In this document: piece by piece, positions 15,785-23,804 of the stretch
How positions within the stretch are numbered: the first letter of the stretch is position 1
Layout: every line of letters starts with the position of its first letter
Origin: Holosporales bacterium
GTDB taxonomy: Bacteria > Pseudomonadota > Alphaproteobacteria > Caedimonadales > UBA9215
DNA: 33,993 nt
Assembly (NCBI GenBank): GCA_003503995.1
Contig: DOCA01000189.1
Location: 1 to 33,993, forward strand
Direction: 5' to 3'
Translations under genes and position numbers: made by a program
Notes under the pieces: model-generated
Database searches by the model: none
The model's input: the letters and a program-made list of their open reading frames with translations, nothing else
What the model was told of the DNA's origin: nothing

Positions 15785-15816
15785 TATATATTTTGATTAA
15801 AACGCATTAATCAAAA
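15785..15816 (-). promoter_or_regulatory. Candidate promoter/operator of the RHH-fusion gene
   Basis: Perfect 10-bp inverted repeat TTTTGATTAA (15791-15800) / TTAATCAAAA (15807-15816) with a 6-nt spacer. On the minus strand, TTGATT (-35, within the repeat) lies 17-18 nt before ATATAT (15785-15791). Confidence 0.4.
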
Positions 15817-15949
15817 TAAGTAAAGGGGTGAAGTGCAATAATTTGTTATGTGCTATTTCAGAGCCTATCACGGTCCAATACCAAATCTGTTTCAGGTATT
15901 TCTGGGGTTGGGTGTTAGACACATGTTTCTGCAATACCTTTCCTCAACT

Positions 15950-16576
15950 CTATTGTTTCCTAGGAAACTTAACATTGAACATCTTTTCGTAATACTCCTT
16001 CCAAGAATCACCCATAAGGGACCATAGCTTATCCTGTTCTTTTTTCGGGAGCTTTGGCAATGCAAATTGCAGAAGGGCGCCATGCTCCATTTGTCGCCGT
16101 TGATCAGAAGTAAGGTCAATTTTAACAATGCTTGTTTGTGGGAAAAAGTACCATAAAGCAAACCCGCTAGAGACACTTCCTAAGCAGAATGAAAAACAAA
16201 ATCCTAGACCTAATTTGGATAGTCTATTTTTCTGCTTGCTGTTTTCATTTTTCAAAATGTTTAGAAAATCCGACTGGTCCTTCTTTAAAGCACTTATAAT
16301 GTTATGAAGCCCTTCCGTTTGTTTGTGGATCACAGGGCCTAATAATTTTGAGGTTTTTTCACTCAAAGTATCGGCTGTTTGAAGAAATGAATTTTCAATT
16401 GTATTAGAAATTTCCTCATTACAACTCCTCAAGAGCGCCACTTCAGTAGAAATCCCCTTACGGGAATCCTCAATCTGTTTTGAAGCCTCAACTATCTTTA
16501 ATGAAAATGAATCCATGATGTCTGCTGTTCTCGATAAGGTACCAATTGCTTCATTCAGTTCAGGTGTGTTTTCCAT
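15950..16576 (-). CDS. Hypothetical coiled-coil protein with one central transmembrane segment (208 aa), translationally coupled to the coupling-protein gene
   Basis: AAGGAAA RBS overlaps the traD stop and there is an 11-nt gap. The TM segment is LGLGFCFSFCLGSVSSGFALWYFF. Confidence 0.7.
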   Translation of the reverse strand: MENTPELNEAIGTLSRTADIMDSFSLKIVEASKQIEDSRKGISTEVALLRSCNEEISNTIENSFLQTADTLSEKTSKLLGPVIHKQTEGLHNIISALKKDQSDFLNILKNENSKQKNRLSKLGLGFCFSFCLGSVSSGFALWYFFPQTSIVKIDLTSDQRRQMEHGALLQFALPKLPKKEQDKLWSLMGDSWKEYYEKMFNVKFPRKQ

Positions 16577-16587
16577 AATATTTTCCT

Positions 16588-18291
16588 TTAAATAAGTTGA
16601 AAGTCTTCATGTTGTTTTTTAATGTCGTTGTAGGTCATCTTGAGTTTTGAAATCGGGAATTTCCCAGGGAATTTGAGATAACAAGATAAATCCGCCAGCT
16701 TCCCAATTTCTGTGGGCATAACTAAGCGCCTTATGCTCTTTTGCATATTAATGGACTTCCCATCTCTCATTTGGTGAGCACCATAAGAAACGCTTTCTCT
16801 TGCTTCTTCTACTTCTTCTTCCCCCAACCATTTTGAGATTTGTTCTGTTGCTTGAACTTCCTCACAGCGAAAAAAGAATTTTGTATTAAAAAGGTTAAGA
16901 ATGGTTTTTGACCCATTGTGGCCATAGACCTCATCGAATTGTGAAAGTCCTTGCAGCCCTCCAAAAACACAAGCACCGTATTTTCGGCCTTTGGAGAGTA
17001 AGGGTTGGAGCATGTTAAGTTTCTGCAACGCGGGAAGCTCGTCCATAATAAACCAGAGACGGCGATTTGAGCCTTCAGATTGCGTCATAAGAATCCCAGC
17101 TACCGCATTAAACATAGAAGCGATTAAAGGATTTAAAGTGGCAAGCATATCTTCATTGGCCGTTAAAAAGATCCAAGCCTTCGAGTCTTCATCTTTCACC
17201 CAATCTGCCAAAAGAAGGGATGGTTTTCTGGGATCAAGGTGTTTTAAGAACTGAATGCTAGAGGAGAGTGTGGCTTTGAAGCTCAAGGTTGTTTTCTCAT
17301 TTTTTGAATCGGCAAAGGTTGTGGCATCGGTATTGTTAAAAAAGGAACAGAAATCGCCCAAGGGTTTTCTGACTAGAATTTCGTGAAGATCCTTTGGGGT
17401 AATATTTTCGTTTTTTGCTTTTTGCAGCGCAACGGAAAACAACGTGGCAGAACCGTTTCGCCAGAGAGGGTCAGAATATTCAGAATTCTTTGGAACAATG
17501 GCTTTGGCTAGATTATCAAACTGATATTCATAGACGCACTCATTAATAATGTCCCAATTATATCCCCTGCTATCAAAGGGGTTGATAATGACATCCCCCC
17601 TGTCAGGATTGTAGTATTTTGAGACCATATCTCCTGTTGTATCTATCACAAGGGCTTTTTGGTTACGCTTTTCAATTTGAGGGAGAATCTCATTATAAAG
17701 GTTTGTTTTTCCAGCTCCAGTGGTTCCAACAGCCAGAATGTGTTTAATCTCAGAGTCCTTAATCAGGGGAAGCTTTTCAACGGTAAGATCCGATGCTTTT
17801 CGGCGAAGATAGATCATGCGCTTAAGTTTTCTTGAAGAAACAAGAATTTGTCCCCGAAGTCTCTTGGACTTGAAACTAGATTTCCCTTTTAAAGCCCAGA
17901 ACAAAATAAGAAGAAATAGGCTGATAAGGGTCGCAACCATCGAGCTCCTAATTTGGCCTTTCAGTTTCCCTTCAACATGATTACGAAGATCCCTTGTATA
18001 AGGATGGTTTATGATATCAATAGCTCTGACTTGTCTCTCAAAATGTTCCTCTGGCCAGCTAACTGTAAAAAGGTGCTCCTTTGAGCTATGCTTAAAGGGC
18101 AATAGAAACTCTGCATGGTAACTTGATGCGTATTGTCTAATAAGGTGCGTTGGAATGCTATTCCATGCTTTCCAAGAAAAGATCCCTCCTCCAATGATTA
18201 AAGAAATAACAAGTCCAACACTCATAACCTGTTTAATCATCCTTAAGTTATGAAGGTGAAGCTGACCCCCGCGAACGAAATTTTTAGCCAT
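16588..18291 (-). CDS. traD: Type IV coupling protein (TraD_F/VirD4 family)
   Basis: N-terminal TM helices, Walker A AVGTTGAGKT and Walker B WFIMDELPAL. Strong AAGGAG RBS. Sits at the distal end of the tra operon after traG. Confidence 0.92.
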   Translation of the reverse strand: MAKNFVRGGQLHLHNLRMIKQVMSVGLVISLIIGGGIFSWKAWNSIPTHLIRQYASSYHAEFLLPFKHSSKEHLFTVSWPEEHFERQVRAIDIINHPYTRDLRNHVEGKLKGQIRSSMVATLISLFLLILFWALKGKSSFKSKRLRGQILVSSRKLKRMIYLRRKASDLTVEKLPLIKDSEIKHILAVGTTGAGKTNLYNEILPQIEKRNQKALVIDTTGDMVSKYYNPDRGDVIINPFDSRGYNWDIINECVYEYQFDNLAKAIVPKNSEYSDPLWRNGSATLFSVALQKAKNENITPKDLHEILVRKPLGDFCSFFNNTDATTFADSKNEKTTLSFKATLSSSIQFLKHLDPRKPSLLLADWVKDEDSKAWIFLTANEDMLATLNPLIASMFNAVAGILMTQSEGSNRRLWFIMDELPALQKLNMLQPLLSKGRKYGACVFGGLQGLSQFDEVYGHNGSKTILNLFNTKFFFRCEEVQATEQISKWLGEEEVEEARESVSYGAHQMRDGKSINMQKSIRRLVMPTEIGKLADLSCYLKFPGKFPISKLKMTYNDIKKQHEDFQLI

Positions 18292-18309
18292 TTTTATCTC
18301 CTTTTTATT

Positions 18310-18337
18310 TTGTAATAGTTGTTAAAAATGCTATACT
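18310..18337 (+). promoter_or_regulatory. Sigma70-like promoter with extended -10 for the plus-strand gene at 18374
   Basis: TTGTAA (18310-18315), 16-nt spacer, then TGcTATACT (TG at 18329-18330, -10 at 18332-18337). GGGAAG RBS at 18364-18369. Confidence 0.45.
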
Positions 18338-18373
18338 GTAAGTGCAGTTAACAAAACTTTTCAGGGAAGTTAC

Positions 18374-18901
18374 ATGAAAAATATCCTCAATACTTTCTTT
18401 CATCGTATGGCAGATAAAATGGCCAATTCTGGTGATGTTCATATTCTTAAAACAACCAGCCGCTTTGTTGGTTTGCTGACCTTGGCGCTGTCTTTTCTGC
18501 TTCTTAATAATCTGTATCTGATCGCGGGTCTTTTTGCGGCCTCCATTGTTATCTGTGACTTTGTCTTCATGGTTTTTAGAAAAAAAGAATCTCAGTATAA
18601 AACCCAGAGTTTTTTCGAAACGAATCGCATTCTGCCTAAAAATTTGGACCGTTACACAACCACTATGAACCTTTTGCGTGCCGCTCTTTTGGCACCAATG
18701 TTTTTTTATGGGCAGTTGCACTGGTATATTGTTTTCTGTGCCTTCTCTCCTTTGCTGATCTCCTGCTTTACAGGGTATAAACCCTATATGCCCGATGGAA
18801 AAGCACCGGGAAGAGATCCCTGGTATCAAGGCGTTCCTGGATTTGGCATTGCAGGTAATTATACTGGCAAGCCTGGTTCTATTGGTGGTCAATCTGGTTA
18901 A
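18374..18901 (+). CDS. Four-TM membrane protein with a Gly/Pro-rich tail (175 aa), opposite in orientation to the tra operon
   Basis: Two hydrophobic hairpins (FVGLLTLALSFLLL..LIAGLFAASIVICDFVFMVF and LLRAALLAPMFFYG..WYIVFCAFSPLLISCF). Has its own promoter and RBS. Codon third positions resemble neighbouring genes. A same-length antisense ORF is the competing explanation. Confidence 0.6.
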   Translation: MKNILNTFFHRMADKMANSGDVHILKTTSRFVGLLTLALSFLLLNNLYLIAGLFAASIVICDFVFMVFRKKESQYKTQSFFETNRILPKNLDRYTTTMNLLRAALLAPMFFYGQLHWYIVFCAFSPLLISCFTGYKPYMPDGKAPGRDPWYQGVPGFGIAGNYTGKPGSIGGQSG

Positions 18902-18916
18902 TTTATCCATTATTTA

Positions 18917-21700
18917 TTAACCCTTTTTCGGTAATTGATCATCAAGAAGCGCTTTTGTAAAACTTCCACTTACAAAATCATCGGCACCTTTTGATACAAG
19001 CCGCCTTGCATTGGTTTTACTATTCTCCCGTGTAAAATTGTTCTTATGGGTCTGATGGTCGTTATTGAGATCCTCCTTGCCTTGTGCAAATCTTTCGTCA
19101 TTGCTGTTAATAGCCTCGTCTACTTTATGTCCTATGGTCTCATACTCTCCCTTTAGTGCTTCATGGCTCTTAAAGCCTTGCTTGGCAATCTCATCTCTAA
19201 GCTCCGCCCTACCCTCTCCACCTGTTGCATTAACAGTCGGAACCTGCCCATTCCAGTTAGAAATTTCTTGATCCGTCAAAACATGATCTGATCTGGCTAC
19301 AAATCCCTTTAAGGCTTCCCTCTTTTCAGAAATGAAGTCATTTTGCATTTGAGAAACCTGTGATGCATTCCCTTGATTTGTTAGATAATCTGCTGAATCA
19401 GCCTTGTTAAGACCTGTTTTAGAAGAGACGTAATCTAGCCACTTATCGTTTTCATTACTTTGAACATTAAATCCATTGTTAGAACTAAAACTTTGCATCT
19501 TATCCCAATTTTGTGAGGCCGTATAAGAACGATTGAAAGATTCAGCAGATGTCTGAGCTTTAGTGAGATTATTAGAAAGGCTAGTGGTAGCATCTCTCCC
19601 CGTTGAGTTAATCATTTGACCACCCGCAGTTTTAGAATATTGACCCAGCTTGGATATGCTATCTGAAAGACGCTTTCCATCCTCTGAATTCATAGCCTTT
19701 TCTAGACCTTCGATACTAACTGCTTGTCCACTTAAATCTACTTTGCCATTCACACCTAAAACTTTTGACGCAGCACCTCCAACAAGGGATTTACTTGAGT
19801 CAAAACCAATAGCCGCATTAATAGCTGTTTGAGCATTCATATTATGATTCTTTCTAAGGGCTTCTGTACTGGATTGAACATTGTCTAATGCTTTGTTGAA
19901 GTTCGCCGCATCTTGCTCACTCATTCCTTCAGTCAGATTGACCCCTTGAGCACGTTTATCAAGGAGGGTCATTACATTCGACGATGTATCAGAAACAGCA
20001 TCATTAAAGCTTTTCCCATTGGAATGCATAAGTTGTTGCGCCTGACGGGCATTATGGGCCACAGAGGCCATCAAACCTTCATTACTAGAGAAGGTCGTTG
20101 CGAGCTGGCTTTGACTTTGAGCCGTATAGGTCTCTCCATTGATAGCTTGCGTAAGAGTTTGATTACCCGTATTGAGAGAGCCAGCAAAATTACTACTACC
20201 CACATGGTTTTGTTGTGCAACAGAACGAGAAGAGATACTTTCATTAAAGAAGTTCTGATTACCCATTGAAATATTCCCATCGGCAGCTTCTGCTGCAAAT
20301 TTCCCAGAAAGACCTTGAAGTCCAGCAGTCATCCCTCCCATCATGTTACTCATCCCTATCTCCGACTTAGAGATTAAGGCATAGGACAACATAGGAATTA
20401 GCAATTGTGCACCAGCAGACCAACTTGCTGCATACCATGCAGCATCCGCTAATCCCGATGTGGTTGCTATGGAAAACCCTTCAGTACCTTGCAAAACAGA
20501 TTCAGTTGATAGATCCATTAAAATAATAGTGATGGCGTTTAAGATAGAAGAGAGAACGGACCAAATTTGAAGACTTAACATTGCTTTTGACCACATCATG
20601 AGTTTCTTTAACCCACCTGGCATAAAGAAAAACGGTAGCAAAATAAAAAATATAACCGAAAAGAGCGCGATAAGAGTTGCTTGAAGTAGGGGCATTGATA
20701 TGGAGGACACAACAGAATTCATCATGCCTGTCATACCTTGGGTTTCGAGAGCCCTCGCCGCGTTCAAGGAAATGAGTTCGGGATGAAGCCTTGGGTATTT
20801 ATTCTTAGCCGCATTATCGTCAAAAGCTTCTTTTTGAGCATTGACGACCATCATTTGTTGAACGTGTTGATTAGCTGATTTTGTTGCTCCCGAAACCATT
20901 TGCCAAGCTTCTTGCATGAGGGGTTTAAATTGATTTGCATCAATCCCTTTTGGCGAAGTCCCGAAGAGTTTAGCCCCTAAGGACGCAAGTCCTCTTTGGC
21001 CTTCAACGGCCATGGCTTGGCGAATAAGGGGGGCTGAAACTTTACATGTTCGGTAGGTCTCTGACCCATCTTCATTCTCCCAATAAGTCCCAAGGGACGG
21101 ATGACCATTTTCTTCAACCCAACTTATAAGATCAGCACTATTTCTGGCGGATTCTCTTTTCCCCATAATGTTGGTTTTTAAATAAGGAAGCCAAATACAT
21201 TGATCTGCCCAGTCCTTAACATTTTTTCTGATCCTTGGATCTGAAATCCTCACTGTGCGAGCTTCTTGCGTTAATCTTGAGGCAAAAGCAAAACCAGACT
21301 TACTAACCCGTGTAATATCAGATGTGGCATATACATCTTCAATCATTTGAGTAAGGGAATGAGACACCATTGATGACAAACCAATAATTGTCACAAATCC
21401 TAGAGGAATATTATCAACCTTATCTCCTCCAAAACTGGGGTCTACCTCATCCTTAATATTAAGAGAGGTTTTTGGAATAATCATAAAGTTCATGAGTAAA
21501 AAGGAAGGAATAAACCATTTTTTCATAAAGAGGGAAAGGTCCGCTTTTGCCGCTGACAACACTCCAACCCAGAATAAACTAATGACAACAGGGACAAAAA
21601 AGAAGCTTTGCCAATAGGACTCATTGTTGCACATAGCCCCTATCCCATTAAAAACTTTATAGAGAAGATGGCCACCACCATACGTATAAAGAATATCCAT
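18917..21700 (-). CDS. traG: TraG (F-type; mating-pair stabilisation and pilus assembly), 927 aa
   Basis: Polytopic N-terminal TraG_N-like region, a long soluble Ser/Asn/Gln-rich C-terminal region, and a position after traH. Confidence 0.9.
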   Translation of the reverse strand: MDILYTYGGGHLLYKVFNGIGAMCNNESYWQSFFFVPVVISLFWVGVLSAAKADLSLFMKKWFIPSFLLMNFMIIPKTSLNIKDEVDPSFGGDKVDNIPLGFVTIIGLSSMVSHSLTQMIEDVYATSDITRVSKSGFAFASRLTQEARTVRISDPRIRKNVKDWADQCIWLPYLKTNIMGKRESARNSADLISWVEENGHPSLGTYWENEDGSETYRTCKVSAPLIRQAMAVEGQRGLASLGAKLFGTSPKGIDANQFKPLMQEAWQMVSGATKSANQHVQQMMVVNAQKEAFDDNAAKNKYPRLHPELISLNAARALETQGMTGMMNSVVSSISMPLLQATLIALFSVIFFILLPFFFMPGGLKKLMMWSKAMLSLQIWSVLSSILNAITIILMDLSTESVLQGTEGFSIATTSGLADAAWYAASWSAGAQLLIPMLSYALISKSEIGMSNMMGGMTAGLQGLSGKFAAEAADGNISMGNQNFFNESISSRSVAQQNHVGSSNFAGSLNTGNQTLTQAINGETYTAQSQSQLATTFSSNEGLMASVAHNARQAQQLMHSNGKSFNDAVSDTSSNVMTLLDKRAQGVNLTEGMSEQDAANFNKALDNVQSSTEALRKNHNMNAQTAINAAIGFDSSKSLVGGAASKVLGVNGKVDLSGQAVSIEGLEKAMNSEDGKRLSDSISKLGQYSKTAGGQMINSTGRDATTSLSNNLTKAQTSAESFNRSYTASQNWDKMQSFSSNNGFNVQSNENDKWLDYVSSKTGLNKADSADYLTNQGNASQVSQMQNDFISEKREALKGFVARSDHVLTDQEISNWNGQVPTVNATGGEGRAELRDEIAKQGFKSHEALKGEYETIGHKVDEAINSNDERFAQGKEDLNNDHQTHKNNFTRENSKTNARRLVSKGADDFVSGSFTKALLDDQLPKKG

Positions 21701-21702
21701 AT

Positions 21703-23031
21703 TTATCTTCCCCTTTCTAGGTCATAATTAGCTCTTATTTCGTCTTCTTTAGCGCGAATAAGCTTATCGATCATCCAAATCTCACGACCATCTAAGGTTG
21801 CCATTTTTTGTTGAAGACGCGTTCTTGCAAGCTCAAGTCGTTTCTTAAATTCTTGCGTAACAGTGTTATCGAATTGAGCTGACTCAAGAACAGAAACGGC
21901 CTGCAAAACTTCAGCAGAAGCCTCTTCAAACTGCTTCAAGAGAATGGCAAAAGCAAAGTACTGAGAGGCTTTTTCAAGGGGCCAATGAGTACCAGACGCA
22001 GCAGAAATCTGAATATATTTATAAACTGGTAGATTTACCGAATCACTTAAGAAGACGAGCTCTTGGGTGCTAAATGGCTCTTCCGTACGGTACTTTACCT
22101 TCATAGAATTAATATGCGTCATAATCAGCTTTGAAAGAGAGGCTTCAGGTGCAATAACATGTTGAGTATTTGTTAAAGACAGACACTTATCGGTTTCATC
22201 ACAAACAAGTTTTGTTGTGCTTCCTCCCTGTAGATACGCTTCCAAATACCCATCTTCATCGGCCTTGGGATCAACGAAGGTTACTTTATAGGTTTCCTTA
22301 TCCTTTTTGGAAATCACCGTCCCCACAAGGGACATGATCATCTCTGCAAGATCAGTGTCGCCTTCATATCGTGGAAGTTTCTTTAAAGCTGTCCACACAA
22401 GGTTGAATTCCCCAACGAGAAGATCTGGGTACCTATCCCGCGCTTCATCAATTTTAGCATTGACCTTATCCTTTCCTTGGCACCTTCTTCTGGTCCCAAA
22501 AAAGTCATGGTTGCCTCCATCAGATTTTGTAATATCCTCACAAACCTTTTCATGCATCGCTGTTCCCGTTGGTATAACAGCCTCCAACATTTGTTGACGT
22601 GAGTGACAGTCTCCCAATAGCAGGGCATTCATATCCTCTAGGACTTTTTGAATACTCCTCATCGTACCTTCACACTGAGGACAAGTCGTCTTCAATGCCA
22701 ACTGAAGGGCATAGGCAGGAACACCCTGAGCCGTTGCTTTAAGGGTATCCACAAGCTGATCTGTTTGAATAAAACTAATGCCTCCAAAACGCACATCAAA
22801 ATCGCCACACGACCAACCCATTTGAGGAAGCCTCATATTAATGGGATTAATAGTTCTATTGCGTTGACGAACCATCATACCACCAGCGGTATAATGGCCC
22901 GTTGATTGGTCTTGGAAAGACCCCGCAGAATTAAAATTACTTGTGTTCCCCAAATGGGAAATCATATTGGCTATACGGTTTGCCGAAACAGAGGACGTTA
23001 AAAACAAAAGAGAGAATAGGATTTTTTTCAT
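21703..23031 (-). CDS. traH: TraH (F-type)
   Basis: Signal peptide, then N-terminal NTSNFNSAGSFQDQSTGHYTAGGMMVRQRN ... CGDFDVRFGGISFI matches the conserved TraH N-terminus. Overlaps the traF stop by 1 nt. Confidence 0.9.
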   Translation of the reverse strand: MKKILFSLLFLTSSVSANRIANMISHLGNTSNFNSAGSFQDQSTGHYTAGGMMVRQRNRTINPINMRLPQMGWSCGDFDVRFGGISFIQTDQLVDTLKATAQGVPAYALQLALKTTCPQCEGTMRSIQKVLEDMNALLLGDCHSRQQMLEAVIPTGTAMHEKVCEDITKSDGGNHDFFGTRRRCQGKDKVNAKIDEARDRYPDLLVGEFNLVWTALKKLPRYEGDTDLAEMIMSLVGTVISKKDKETYKVTFVDPKADEDGYLEAYLQGGSTTKLVCDETDKCLSLTNTQHVIAPEASLSKLIMTHINSMKVKYRTEEPFSTQELVFLSDSVNLPVYKYIQISAASGTHWPLEKASQYFAFAILLKQFEEASAEVLQAVSVLESAQFDNTVTQEFKKRLELARTRLQQKMATLDGREIWMIDKLIRAKEDEIRANYDLERGR

Positions 23032-23804
23032 TAGAACTGTCCTTCATTTTTTAAATAGGAAATTACGTATTTTAGGTTTGTCATAAGAGCATCAAGGCCG
23101 ATGTAACCATGGGCAACAGGAATCACTTCATTGGTTTTAGGATTTGCCAAATACAGCATGGGAAATTTAAGCTGAGGGTTTACGGCTAAAAGAATAGATT
23201 CGTTTTTGCTACAGGTCATTCCCTCAAAACACTCATCACCCTTTGAAAGGCCTTGAACATCAAAGCCATTCTCTTCAGCAAACTGTTTCACAAGAGGGGC
23301 AAACTGATGGCAATAAGGACAATCAGGCTTAAAGGCAAAGATAAGGCCAAACTCCTTTGCAAGAGATTTGAGGTCCTTTGATAAGGCAGCATCATCCTGC
23401 TTTTCTTTGATCTTTAAAGACCCTGGACTTGTAACAATTTTTTCATACCCTGGATTAATAAGCTCCGCTGTCGTCCAACTTTTTTGGAAGTCACTAGCCT
23501 GATCCATAATAAAATTATGATGCCTTTGTGCATTGGCTACATTCTCTAGGGTAGGCTCAAGAATGGCTAAAGCCTTTGCTTCTTCAAAAGCTGCCTTTTG
23601 TTCTTCCAAACGCTCCGTTGCTGTTAAAGGTTTCTGAGAAGCTCTTGTAGGAGAAACAGTTTCTTTCTTTTCTGGTTTTTTGACCTCTTCCTTTGGTATC
23701 ACAGGATCTTGGTACCAAAGCCAACCTTTAGGGTTATCTACGTTTGAAGCCTGCACATTCGTCAGACCCATAATGATTATTGAAAATAGTTTATAAGGAG
23801 ACAT
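23031..23804 (-). CDS. traF: TraF-like periplasmic thioredoxin-fold protein retaining a CxxC motif (257 aa)
   Basis: Signal peptide MSPYKLFSIIIMGLTNVQA. WLWYQDP, GLIFAFKPDCPYCHQFAPLVKQF (Cys codons at 23319-23321 and 23310-23312). The ATG at 23804 has AAGGA upstream. The ORF-track start at 23918 lies inside traN. Confidence 0.85.
   Translation of the reverse strand: MSPYKLFSIIIMGLTNVQASNVDNPKGWLWYQDPVIPKEEVKKPEKKETVSPTRASQKPLTATERLEEQKAAFEEAKALAILEPTLENVANAQRHHNFIMDQASDFQKSWTTAELINPGYEKIVTSPGSLKIKEKQDDAALSKDLKSLAKEFGLIFAFKPDCPYCHQFAPLVKQFAEENGFDVQGLSKGDECFEGMTCSKNESILLAVNPQLKFPMLYLANPKTNEVIPVAHGYIGLDALMTNLKYVISYLKNEGQF

Noticed and set aside
15892-16176. 94-aa minus-strand ORF overlapping the 3' part of the 208-aa gene
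   Set aside because: It is in a different frame inside a better-supported, translationally coupled ORF and has a Cys/Arg-rich odd composition.
18305-18910. 201-aa minus-strand ORF filling the traG-traD gap in the operon orientation
   Set aside because: Its composition is Arg/Cys/Gln/His-rich with no hydrophobic core or motif, and it has no RBS. The antisense plus-strand ORF has a promoter, an RBS and a membrane-protein character. I kept it only as an alternative hypothesis in the corresponding finding.
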